A stretch of DNA of 64,000 nucleotides from Schmidtea nova (Eukaryota): the NCBI GenBank assembly GCA_044892505.1, contig CM097882.1, positions 438,898,001 through 438,962,000 of the forward strand. Reading direction: 5' to 3'. The notes below the pieces were generated by a model, which saw only the letters and a list, made by a program, of their open reading frames with translations, was not told the origin of the DNA and made no database searches. A program made the position numbers and the translations under genes. This document shows, piece by piece, positions 37,282 through 49,158 of this stretch (positions are counted from its first letter, which is position 1; every line of letters starts with the position of its first letter).

Positions 37282-37749
37282 TCATCTCACGATTGCAGTC
37301 ATCGTAATCTGGAAGATCATCGGGAATCTTGCGATGACATTCGTCACAATCGGGTGATTCTGGCGATTCGTCGCATTGTGATGGAACCGGCAATCAGCGG
37401 ATTCATCGCAATCCGGAGTACAATTAGGCCATCTTTTAGGTTCTTCACCATTTTCTTCTTCTTTTTTAGCGTATTCTAACTCGAATTTCTTCAGTTCCGT
37501 TCGCAAAATCCATATACGGAACCTCTCAATTCGGTCAGTACAATGCCCTCATTGATAGACACACAGGATGTTCTTGGCCATGAAAGGGATCTCAACTTTC
37601 AGATTTGCGAGGTGGTCCAGATATATTTGGTTGACGTCTATTCCCGTAATACACTGGATCTTATACGAAAATAGTTCGGGTGCTGTGTAAGTCAGCTGAG
37701 TCATCAAATTGGGGAATATTTCATCCAGTTTGTTGAATAAAACAGCCAT
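37282..37749 (-). pseudogene. Unknown intronless ORF with one in-frame TGA (37549-37551)
   Basis: Track ORFs 37549-37749 and 37282-37506 are in the same frame; no family recognised. Confidence 0.4.
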
Positions 37750-38013
37750 CAGCTTTTCAAAAAAATAAAAATTATAAAAAATGCTAACTAATAATTTTTA
37801 ATTTACCATATTTTACATTTTTTGATGTGAGACACATTGTAGATATAAATTATGACAAAATTTTTATGGCATATACATACGACAGTAACACACAAAATGA
37901 GAAAATAATACACACATAACCAATCAGATTTGAGTACACATAATATGTCTTTATTTAATAATTACATACAGAGCCAATCAGAATCGTGCATTACTATTGT
38001 AGGTTTATTGCAA

Positions 38014-38520
38014 TCATGAGTCACACGATAATAAGAAATTTTTATTCTCAATAATTGATTTTATATCGATAATAATACTATCAACTATATTATAATAATC
38101 CCTAGTTTTTAACCCTAATATAACTACTTTACCGCTTGAAAATATATTAACACACATTGGATTATATTTTATAGATCTTAAAGTTGGAAATATTTTTGAC
38201 TCGAAAACAGATTCCGTTAATTTAAATAAATCATTTAAATTACAACTAAATCCCAAGTCTGCCGTTACAGTAATTGATTGTATTTTAAAATCATAAATCT
38301 TTACTTTTTCATCACTAATAAATTTCTTGCATCCCATAATTCTAAATCTACCAGTCTTAAAATATATTATCGGATATTTACCACTTCTATCAATAAGTTT
38401 ATGTGGTTTCCCTTTTGGGAAGTTCATGTGAGATACATCAATTTTACCCTTATAATTTATGTTGCTAATTATTATGATAGGTAATGCTTTTTGTAGGTTA
38501 TTATAAACAGTTGTTATTTT
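38014..38520 (-). CDS. Divergent intronless core-only TBP-like protein
   Basis: Two TBP half-repeats: ISNINYKGKID...IIYFKTGRFRIMGCK and FKIQSITVTADL...FESKIFPTL...VNIFSSGKVVILGLK (cf. YEPELFPGL...LIFVSGKVVLTGAK). Confidence 0.78.
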   Translation of the reverse strand, partial: KITTVYNNLQKALPIIIISNINYKGKIDVSHMNFPKGKPHKLIDRSGKYPIIYFKTGRFRIMGCKKFISDEKVKIYDFKIQSITVTADLGFSCNLNDLFKLTESVFESKIFPTLRSIKYNPMCVNIFSSGKVVILGLKTRDYYNIVDSIIIDIKSIIENKNFLLSCDS

Positions 38521-39530
38521 TGTTTATATTGATATAGACGGGATATTTATGTAGAGGTATGCTATGGTAAATTGCCAATTGTTATGTGTAATTATAATTT
38601 TATATTCTATTATGTTTATCAGGAAGTCTGTTGAGTCACCAGTAAAAGTGTATCGGGACAGCCGGGGTGCTTGTTGTGTTTTATTTGTGTGTGCATGTGT
38701 GCTTGTGTGTGTAATTATAATATTTACAAATAACAAATAGAAAAATTAGTACAAATACTTTTATTCCAACAAACAGTTAAAAAAATCACAAATGAATTTC
38801 TACTCATGTATATTAGGATTATGCATAAAATTCTTTTTTTTCCATGCTTTATATAAGGTTGCTTTCTATATATATGTGTGTGCCACAAAATTACAAATCA
38901 ATTTTTTAGTGCTTTTCTCTCAACCGATTCACTTCAAATTTTGCACACTTGCTCACTTCCGGTGACAATACATGGAAATTGATAAATTTGACCAAAAAAA
39001 GTTAATTAAGTTAACTAAATAACAATTTGAATTTCCCCATACATTTAACAATGGACGAGAGGTAAATGTGTTGGTGTCTTCAGAGAAATTTTGCGTGTAA
39101 ATGTAATATAAATTGCAAAAAAAAATTTCTCAGCCAAGTGGAGTTCTGCTCGCATAAAGCATGGATTTGAAAAAAGAATTTTTTTTTGATTTACTAGTTT
39201 ACTTCTTTAATTTCAGATGGTTTTTTAGGTTGTTTCTTCTGTAAGTTATTCCAACCTTTTCTATAGTTATTTTTTTTAAATTTAAGTTTTAAATTCCTTG
39301 ATTTGTTATTTACTAGAATCTTTAAAATATAGGATCTTATAAAATCTTCTTTTCATTTTTGTCAGTCCTTTGATAATAAATTTATATATTTTGTGTTTGA
39401 TTATTTATTTTTAAATTCCTATAATAATTAGTTTACTATATGAATTTATTTGGTATTTAACCGAATTCAAAATAAAAAATAATAATAACAATAATAACAA
39501 AAATAAAAAATGGGGGTGACCATTCATAAC

Positions 39531-42500
39531 ATAACTTCCCCCTTTAAAACCGGAGGTTACACTATTTACAACATAAAAATAAAACTGATCTATACATATT
39601 TCATCTGATGTCTTGTGTTGTAAGTATGTGTTCTGTGTGTTAAAACCAATTATAAAAATATAAAAATATACAATGATCATATGTTTGCGTGCTGTTTTTG
39701 ATAGCGTGTCTTGTTGCTGTGTTATTTGAAACAATCAATGTATTGTTTTTTCTGATATGATTGACGTGTTCTTGTTGGGAGGTTGTATGGCTTTATTATT
39801 AGTTTGTTTTTGTGTTGTTTGATTGTTATATTGTTAGGGTTTTAATCTGCGAATGTTATTTCTGATTTTCTTGTTATTTATTCATAGTGTGCCCACGTTT
39901 TTATTCAGATCGATTAATTTGTATATTTTGACTCGAAACCGCTGGTTTTTATATTAGCACTGTCTCATCAATTAGGTTTGTTTTATAGGGTCTTCAAGTT
40001 TTTTCCTATGTTTTCAACATTTTCTATTAGGTTTGGGAAATTTGTTGAATGCCCGAAAGTTAATTGGCTTGGGCTTTTGTTGTTTGTTGATGAAGGATTA
40101 TTTCTTAGTCCGATTAAAATTTCTGGGAGTTTTCCTAACCAGTTTCTGTCGTTGGCTTTGGTTCTGATCGCTTGTTTGAAAGATCTGTGTTGTCTTTCTA
40201 CTTTGCCATTTGATTGTGGGTTGTATGCTGTTGTTCTGATTTTTTATTTTATATTTTGAGCAAAGTCCTTTGAATAAATCTGATTCGAATTGTTTGCCTT
40301 GATCACTGATGATCATTTTTGGACATCCATCTCTTGAAAACCAGTTTAGTTCGATGTTATCGCCGACTGTCTTTGCTGTAATTTCTTTGATTAGTTTTGC
40401 TTCGAACCAGTTTGTTTTACGGTCAATCATTGTTAAAAGGTATTTGTAGTTGTCATTGGGTGGAAGTGCTCCTACTAAATCCACGTGGACTGTATCAACT
40501 GGTTCGGATGTTCGGAATTTTAATTTTTCTGTTTTGAATCTTTTTGTCAGTTTGTTTTTTTGGCAGCTTAAACATGAGTTGACAAATTCTTTGATGTCTT
40601 TCCTCATGTTTGGCCATATGACTTTTGTGTGCATGAGTTCGTATGTGACTTTTGTTCCTGGGTGGTATATGTTGTGGAACTGTTAAATAAGTTCGTTTCT
40701 GTGATTATCGGGTACTATTAGAATTTTTTGCTTTCGTTGGATATATCCTACCAGATTCCGTCAATCTCATTTAAAACTGATGATTTGAGTTTTGGGAAGG
40801 TTTTTATTGTTGTTTCTTGTTTGTTTTTCATGATTTCTTGGTTCACTATCGGGATCATACTTATTGCGTTTGTTTCTGTTTCGATTCGTGAAAGGGTGTC
40901 GGCGCAAATGTTTGCTGCGCCTGCTATGTATTTTATTTTACCATCGAATTGTGAAATGTAGTTAAGTTGTCTTATTTGCCTTGGTGATGGCAATTTCATG
41001 TTGATTGCGTTCGTCAGTGGTTTATGGTCTGTATACACTTCAAATTCTTTTCTTTCTAAGAGGTATTGAAAGTGTTTTATTGTGTCGTTTACAGCCAGCA
41101 ATTCCCTGTCGAAAGTGGAATATCGCATTTGGTGTGCTTTAAGTTTTTTTGTGAAAAATGCAATGGGTCTTTTTCCGTTATGCTTTTCTTGGTATATTGT
41201 GCCTCACATTGCTGTTCCAGAGCAATCAGTGTAGAGGATATATGTTAGGTTTGGATCGGGGTAGTTTAGTAGACTTGTGTTTGATAGATTTGCTTTTGCT
41301 TTTTCAAAAACACTTTTTAGTTGTTTGTTCCAGTTGATTTTAACGTTTCTTTTATTTTTTAAAAATCGTTTAGTGGTGCGAGTATCTCGCTGCACTTTGG
41401 AATGTGTTTGTGATAAAAGTTTATCATTCCCATATAACGTCTTAATTCTCTTGTTGTTTTGGGGAGTGGGAATACTTTGATGGCCTTTATTTTGTCGTCT
41501 AGAGGTGTTGTTAGATTTTCGTTAAGGATATGCCCCAAAAACTTGAATTCGTGTTTTAAGAATTCGCATTTCTTTATATTGATTTTGAGATCATGGTTGT
41601 TGAGGGTGTTTAGAACTTCCTTGATGTCCTGTATATGTTCGATTTTGTTTGTTGATGCGATTAGGATGTCGTCTAAATACGCTACCGTATTCCTGTGGTT
41701 TCTCAGGATTTGGTCCATGAACATTTGAAAAGTAGCGGCTTCGATTTTTTAAACCGAAAGGAATTCGGTTGTATTCATATAGCCCGATCGGCGTTATTAT
41801 TGCTGTCTTTTTGATGTCTTCTTCACGCATGGGAATTTGGTGGTATGCTTTTTGTAGGTCAATTTTACTGAAATAATTTGGGTTATGTATCCTGTTGATA
41901 ATGTCGTTGATTATAGGTATGGGGTATTTGTCGGGTATTGTGATATTGTTCAAAGTTCTATAATCTCCGCATGCTCTCCATTCGCCATTTGCTTTTTCTT
42001 TTAACATCAGCCCAGATGACCAGTTTGAATTGGAATGTTGAATGATTCTGTTTTCCAGTAAATCGTCGAAAATTTCTTTAATTATTGTGAGTTTTTTGTT
42101 GTCTAGTTGTCTTACTTTGGCGTGGATTGGGCTACCGATTTTTATGACGGCGTGTTCCGTAATGCATTTGTTTGTGGTTTCTATTGATAGTTTATCTGTG
42201 ATTGTAGGGTAGTTTTTTAGTAAGTCTTTGATTTCTTTTGGTATAGGATTGTCTGTGTTTGTTTTTTCGCATTTTGGTTGTATTTTGATTGTGTTTGCGG
42301 TTATTACTCCGATGTCACAATTTGTTAGAATTTTTAAGTTTTTGTAGTTAGGTGTGTCGTTTGGGTATTTTTCTGTTTCGAAATTATCTTGTTAATTTTT
42401 TTTATTTCGGCAGTCTACCAGCAAGTTGTATTTCGTTAGGAAGTCGGCTCCTAAAATTGCTTGTTTCACATCAGCGATGATAAATTCCCAATTGTAGTTT

Positions 42501-43800
42501 GTTTTGTTTATGTTAATGGTTAATTGTTGTTTGCCGTAAGTTTTAATGTTTGTGCCATTTGCTGCACATAGGTTGTAGTTTCCTTATTTTAAGGATTGAA
42601 ATAAGTAACTTGGTAACAAACTAACTATTGAATCGGAATCAACAAGAAAATTTATATTTTTGCTTTGCACCGTGAATGTTTCGTAGTCGCCAAATATCGG
42701 TGCTGTTATTGGAGACTTTAATTGTTTTCCGGATTTTTGTCGTGGAAAGTACAAGGTGTGTTGCACTTGAAAGCTTTTTCCTCAAATCTGTTATGAAAAT
42801 GACACCAATTTTCATTTTGTATGTAGTTGTTGTTTGGGTTATTGTAACGGTTAAAGTTTAGTTTTTGTTCTGTGCAATTGTTTTGATTGTTTTTTTTTGA
42901 GCTGGTTTTTTTTCGTTACTCTCGCTTGTACCTCTTCTAAATCGTTCCGGAGGTTCTTGTTTTCTGTTATGACCTCGTTGACTTTCTTTATTAAAGAGTT
43001 CAGTAGAAGGTTAGTATCGTTGTAAGGGTTGTCTCGTTCTTGGCGGTTTTCTTGCTTATTTTCCCACGGGGGCTGTTTTCGGTATGTTTTGCAAACTGTT
43101 GGGAATATTTCGTCATTTATTTTGTCCGCGATATCGGCTACTTTGTCGAGGCCTGTGCAGTCGTTTGTGGTTAAGATGCGCCTTATTTCTTGTGGCATTG
43201 CCCTCAAAAATAGGTCTTTCACGAAATCATTTTGACGAGCACTTGTTATTTTGGGTTGTAAAAATTCTAATTTGCTCTTTAGATTTCGCAGAAATTCACT
43301 TGGTTTGTCATTTCCAAGCTGTATATCTTTTAAGCAAGACTCCAATACTTCCCTCCTGTTCACCTTATATCTATTTAATAAGGTTGTATATAGTAAATTA
43401 AATGGGTCGTCACTTTTCGCTATTTCGTCAATTCAGTCTGCAATTTCATTTAAAATATGGCTAGGTAGGGCAGCTATTTTGTGGGAGCATAAACGTTTTG
43501 TAGATTTGATTCCAGACAGTGTCAAAGTTAGTTTTGAGAATTCTAACCATTTTTGGGGTGTGCCGTTCTCATCTGTAAAGTAATTTGAAATCTTTGTCTT
43601 GGAGTTTTTTATTGAATTTATGGTGTGATGGTTTTCAGGGGTGTAATAATAGTTGGTGTTCTATTGTTGAGTGGGTGTGGTTTCGTTGTTGTGTGTTTGG
43701 GGATTATTGGTTAGGTTTTGTTGGTTCGATGCCATTTGTCTTTATGTATAGTGTTGTTTTATTTGTTTGTTGTGAAAAAAATGAGAGTCGTTAAAAGATA
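39531..43800 (-). mobile_element. Decayed Ty3/Gypsy element; LTR pair not resolved
   Basis: Gag (MASNQQ ~43730; LGNDKPSEFLR), RT (GDYRTLN, AYLDDIL), RNase H (YSTFDRELLA), integrase (VHVDLVG, SDQGKQF); minus-strand PPT GGGGGAAG before TGTTATG at 39531. Confidence 0.92.
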
Positions 43801-44639
43801 TGGTCTACTGTGTTCGACCAACAGAGACGGTAGTCTTTATACCTCTTTAGTAGGTATGCTAAAAGATTTCCCGTTTGAAAAACATAAAAAAATTTCGCGA
43901 AAATGTATCGCTGTTTTTATTTCTGACACCAGTTATTATGTGTAGTTATTATTGGTTAGTATTATTTAATTAGTAAATTGCTGTGTAAAATGAAATTATT
44001 GAAGGGCCCAAAAGAGTCTCCCAGAACTTATTGTGGGGACAATTGGGGTGCTGGTTTTGTTTGTGGGTGAATGTATGCGGGTATGTAAGTAAACAGATTT
44101 TGTGTTTGTGAATTAACAATTAAATCAACGATAAATAGATTAAAACTTTTATTAACCAAAATATTTTATAAACACTACTCACGTAAATTTACGAATAATG
44201 TTGATCTTTTTTAGAAAGTTCGATTTTGAAATGTACAATTTGTGTTCTTTATTCTCCGGATGGTAAGATAAGGTAGCTTGAAATTTCTTTTCTTTGAAGG
44301 TTCCAGTATTTTCTGTACTCGGAATTTTTTATTAGTTATGTATTTTACTTCTGATTAGGTTCTAGGATAATTTGAGTTCTATTATAATTCTATTTCTTTA
44401 GTTAGTTTTGTTTTCACTGGTAGTTATTTCCAATCTTTGTTATTTTCAACTTCTTTAAATCTTTCCATAGTAATTTCGGTTAACTTTTTTAATATTTCCT
44501 TGGATATTTCTTTTGGCTTGTTTTCACTTGAAATAATTTGTTTGATATTGTTTATTGATTTTTTTAATTTATGATTTGGCTTACTATAGTAATTTACTAT
44601 AGCAAGCCAAATTCAAATTTATAATTTGAAATTTGATAA

Positions 44640-44926
44640 TGAAATAAACCCATACATAAAAAATAAAAATTAACAACAAAAGGAGGAAAATAAATTACAG
44701 GGGAAAATCAAGCATACGAATCGTGAACATTACATATGCCTTTGATACATTTGGATATTATTATCCCAATTTATTAGTTAGTAAATTGCAAACTATGGGT
44801 AAACCGATTGTATATAATAGAATTGTATATAATTCATTCTCAACTACTTGTGGTCAACATTGCCTTGCATGGTTAAAATCTATGTTACAAACAATTAAGT
44901 TTAATAAATTTTATTATAAAATATGA
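44640..44926 (+). pseudogene. Adenain-like (Polinton/adenovirus-type) cysteine protease remnant
   Basis: YAFDTFG...YN...STTCGQHCLAWL resembles the FDSFG and CGxYC/HC motifs; catalytic His segment not recognisable. Confidence 0.62.
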
Positions 44927-45167
44927 CTTGTTATTTTATTGTTATTTACGGTTATAATGATATTGGAGGAACAATTATTAAAGAATTATGTATTATGAAT
45001 GTTAATAATATTTTTAAACCAAAGTATTATATATACAATGATTTACCTTTCTGGGCGGGTATTGGAGTACTTGATCGATTGGAATAGTATGAAGGACAAA
45101 ATTACTTTTACCCAACGTGTATTATGAATGATATTGAAGATACTAGTGCCATTTTCTATGTCACTGA

Positions 45168-48100
45168 TGTTGGGCCAAGCAAATCAAAAGAGACCTAAAA
45201 TAAAAATAAAATAAATACAAATAAATAACGAAAAATAACTAAGCATAAAACCACATAGTCGGCACTTCAGCAAGGGTGCAACAAAGTCTGAAAGGGTGAA
45301 CAATAGATTAAAGAAAAATGTAGACAATAAAAACTCACGCATGCGGAACATCAAGAAATAACATAATAGCACCAGCTACTCAGAAATTGACAGCGAGTAG
45401 GCAGATCATCCAATAATTTACAAAATAAAGCAAATTGATTAAATAAAAGTCACAGCTGAATAAACCTAAAACTCACTGAATTAAACAAGCACAGGCAGGT
45501 ATTATAAGAAAATGATCGGAATAAACGCATGCAGACTATAATCTGATTGACTGGCTGTCAACACAAATTACTATAAATACGTACAGCAGCAAAATTCAGT
45601 GCAGTCAGTCAATTTTTACCAAGAGTCATTTCTACTGTGAGACATTTTTACCTGGTGACGATCTTGAAAGAAATCTTGTACCGAAGCGAATTGTAAACCT
45701 ATTGGAAATAAAGGTGTGTAAGTGTTCATTGTTATTATCATTTAGTATAAACCCTCATGATTTAAAATCAATAAGTTGTCCCGAAGGTCATCTGATCTGA
45801 CGGGATCTCGGGCCTCTCAGCGCAACACATTCTCATGTGAGGGCTGATGCGGCGAGTAAATAGGTGTATTAAATCAGTATGGGAGGGGTGCACATAGTCA
45901 TCATGCTATGACAACGTTGCCATCGAAATCCAACCACATAGTCATCAGGATCTAATGCAAGCGCTGTGCGAGCTAGACAACCCGTCGGTGTGCTCCAAAG
46001 GATTATAGGCACATACGAGCATCATCGAACAATAGCTTTCCTGAGTCGATACCTTAGGAGCGGTTATACATGCATCTAGCGAGTAAATTTAACAAAATCA
46101 CAGCTATAAACATAAATGATAGTAGCTATAGAAGCAAGTCGAATATACAGCTAAATGAAACATGGCGGAGGTGAGAAAGAGCGCATGAACCCGATAATTT
46201 CTGTAGGTTTGAATCGTACCGTAGGAGATCGACCATTGACTAAACTACACCAAAACAAATATCCATTCGTTCATGAGCATAAATGCCCCGCGAGGAGCAC
46301 TCGACATGCACATTTATTTAGTATCAAGTGTGATGTTTAGAATAACGTTGATCAAGTAGTGAGTGATGAACTAAAATTAAATGAATGCATTGGTATGATG
46401 ATGTCGATCAGCTGGTGAGTGCTGAACTACAATGAAATAAACGCAGCAATACAATATGATGTAGGTGAAATGATATGAACCAAATTCATAGTAAGCCAAG
46501 TCGTGTGGGTATTACAATGAATGAAATAAAATAAAAAAACAATATATCAGTGTTTTATTGAAAGGAACAAAGGAACCAGAATGGACAAACTGAGAGTAAG
46601 CAAATATTTAATAAATGGAACGATGCAGGAATGTGTTCACATGATGAGGATGATACGAATGCAGATGAAATGCGATGAATGAATATGATGACCGAAATAC
46701 CGAACAACTCTAATAACCGTCGTTTAGGCGATGTCAGCAAAGAGATCCAGCGAGAGGCGATGCCATCCCGCAAAGATGATGTTAAACAATTCTAATTCAA
46801 TTCCCAAAAGGATCAGAGACTCTGCCGAACGCCACCTGCGAGCATGGAGGCGAAACCATGTCGATGCCGATATACGATCGATGGCGTTCCCCTACCGTTT
46901 TAGAATCAGATGGGAGGGAGATCCGTCGTGGCCAGTATCAGATAACAACAAGGCTAAAGCACTATTAAAGTGGTTCCTTCAATTCAATGACGATCAAGCC
47001 GTACCCCGGTGGATCTTAACATTCCTACCTATATCTAGCCAGGAGCTGCGACAGATGGGGTATGTGCTATTGGAGTGACCCAGGTTTATTCGCACGGGAG
47101 AGTTGCGGCCATATACGAATGCTCCCGAAAATCGGAATATGGACCAGAACGAGTGGCGTACAGGAGTCCGAATGTGGGAAATATTCATCTTCCAGGACCG
47201 ATTGTGCTGGAACCCATGCCCCGAACATTGCCAGGAAGACGGCAAGGGAAGACTGGACCGAGAATGTGATCAAGATCTGGCCGAGTTTTAAAGGATAGAC
47301 AACAGTTTGTGATTAATTGTGATGTGATCCAGTGTTGAAAAATAAATGTATTTATCATTCTCCTTGTGTTCGAATGCCTGAGATATGTATGTGTTGTGAA
47401 AAGGATGGTTGGGTTGTGAATGTAAAATAAAAGGGGGTTAAATGAATTACAAATAAAACAGTCATGAGAAGGAGAAAGAAGGGCAGGCGGAAATGATTGC
47501 CAGACCATCTATTAAACCACCCAAATTTTTTCTATATGAATTCTGCCGCGTACCACGAACACATGGAGGAGAAGAGACTGCTGCGAAAGCGGGTTAAAGT
47601 CCTTGAAAGCCATAAAAGGAAACAGGACTCCGAACTGGCACAATTAAAGACAACGTGGTTTCAGCCGGAGTGGGTCAAGGTAATTCAGCAGTCCAGATAT
47701 CGGGCGTAAAGGGCGTTAGAAAATCAAGCGCGCGAAACGGCAGCTGTTAAGTTGGAACTTAGTAATTATTTACGAGCCTCTACGAAGGATTTTGTCGAGC
47801 AGCAGCTGAAGCCGCTCATACGCACGAGCACGTTTAATCGTTGGATCGAATCCACTAGCGTCTCAAACGGAACGCAAACGGATATAAGTACTAACCTGAT
47901 TTTGGAAAATCCGGAGAAGATTCACCAAACAGAGAGATCGAAGCTCACAAAGAGACGAAACCGTCTGGGTGCCAAGAGACGTAGAGAAAGGAGAGCTTAT
48001 GCTGAGAAATTAGGAATCGAAGTAGATTTCCTAAGCGGCCTGACAGAGAGACAATTGTTAGTTATCATGAATCCGGAAGTGTTGTTAAATGAATAAATGT

Positions 48101-48493
48101 TTTATGTGCAAATCATGGTTTTATGAATGAATGCGGAATGTATGGGAATTTAAATAAATGAGTGAGTGAATAAACCCAATTCATTGAAAAGCCAAAGGAT
48201 ATAATAAAATCAACCCTAGACGTATCGGAGTTAACTCAATGAATGGGGACCCGAATAAAACCACACAGACCTTCTATCGGTAGTGGTGGACCCGTGAATA
48301 AATAAGGGAATAGTAACCGCGAGGTTGCTCACCTGCCTTATCATTTCACAACGTTGATACAGTTCCAACATGATGAGTAGTTAGAGACACATCATGGGTA
48401 TCAGCAGGGGAAGCGTGTTTATCTTGGCGAGATTACCCTGACGTTTAACATCTAATATAATCTCTGTTGAAAGATCAGACCAGCACACCAGCA
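45168..48493 (+). mobile_element. Very large solo LTR-like element (3326 bp) with internal ORFs
   Basis: TGTTGG...CCAGCA ends; TSD CTGA; both ends homologous to 29647-31178; TATAAATA at 45572 with TCAGT about 24 nt downstream; ORFs 46731-47078 and 47497-48096. Confidence 0.85.
47497..48096 (+). pseudogene. Coiled-coil ORF homologous to 30219-30707, one in-frame TAA (47707-47709)
   Basis: Direct peptide similarity along its length. Confidence 0.75.
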
Positions 48494-48760
48494 CTGATAT
48501 CGATAAACTACAAGTGTTGAAGAAATATTTCCCGAAATTGACATTAATTAAATATAATTTTAAAGAAATTGAAGATGTTCCAGATAATATTTCATGTCCC
48601 TATAAAGATCATAATATATTTGAAATTCACCCACAAGCTATGATGGCAATTCGAAATCTTGATGCCTGTTTCCTGCGGGGCAAACAAATGCATTTACGTA
48701 TATCAAAAACAAATGTCATCCAATTAGCAATGGAGGAGGCGAACCACGCAAATACCACAA

Positions 48761-48778
48761 TGATGTCAGTAGTAGGAT
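48761..48778 (+). promoter_or_regulatory. Degenerate PBS, tRNA-Leu type, overlapping an in-frame ATG (48760)
   Basis: TGATGTCAGTAGTAGGAT matches the tRNA-Leu(CAA) PBS TGGTGTCAGAAGTGGGAT at 15 of 18 positions. Confidence 0.65.
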
Positions 48779-48930
48779 CTGATTTATATTATCTATTTAT
48801 ATTAAAAAAATTTTATATTTATATTTATTTAAGAATAATTATCACCACATTTCCCCCTTCCCCTTTGCGTGTCCTTTCACCACCTCCTTCTCCGTTACTG
48901 AAAGAGCCTCATTATTTTCCTGTCCCCACC

Positions 48931-49158
48931 AAGGCTACAATACTAATGCGAGACTTCTCACGCAACTTATCTTGCACATTTCCAATTTCTCTAACCTTTC
49001 ACGATTTAAAACGCTTCATTTACTCCATTTGGCACTTGAAATTAAACACCTTCTATTTCTCACACATAGGTTTCAGCGTAGCCAACGATGGAGGACCATT
49101 AGCCAAGGTATTACCGCCGGGAGGAGTTATCCACGTGACATTAAGATTACGTGGAGGT
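48931..49158 (+). CDS. Ubiquitin-like domain ending LRLRGG, in frame with Gag (Met at 49159)
   Basis: TILMRDFS...TFHDLKRFI...YFSHIG...VIHVTLRLRGG|MNE; about 75 aa, ubiquitin-like spacing. Confidence 0.8.

Larger units (their letters stand above)
45020..48623 (+). pseudogene. Interrupted ORF (45020-45167 joined to 48498-48623), possibly Polinton-type
   Basis: Removing the solo LTR and one CTGA gives the continuous frame YEGQNYFYPTCIMNDIEDTSAIFYVTDIDKLQVLKKYFPKL...EIEDVPDNISCPYKDH. Confidence 0.5.

Noticed and set aside
38880-39000. CTCAACCGATT...CAAATTTT motif reminiscent of Helitron-derived short elements
   Set aside because: Single copy in the window and no terminal hairpin or CTRR end identified
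39180-44200. LTR pair and PBS for the 39.5-43.8 kb element
   Set aside because: No direct repeat of the sequence left of 39531 found near 44 kb; boundaries not assigned
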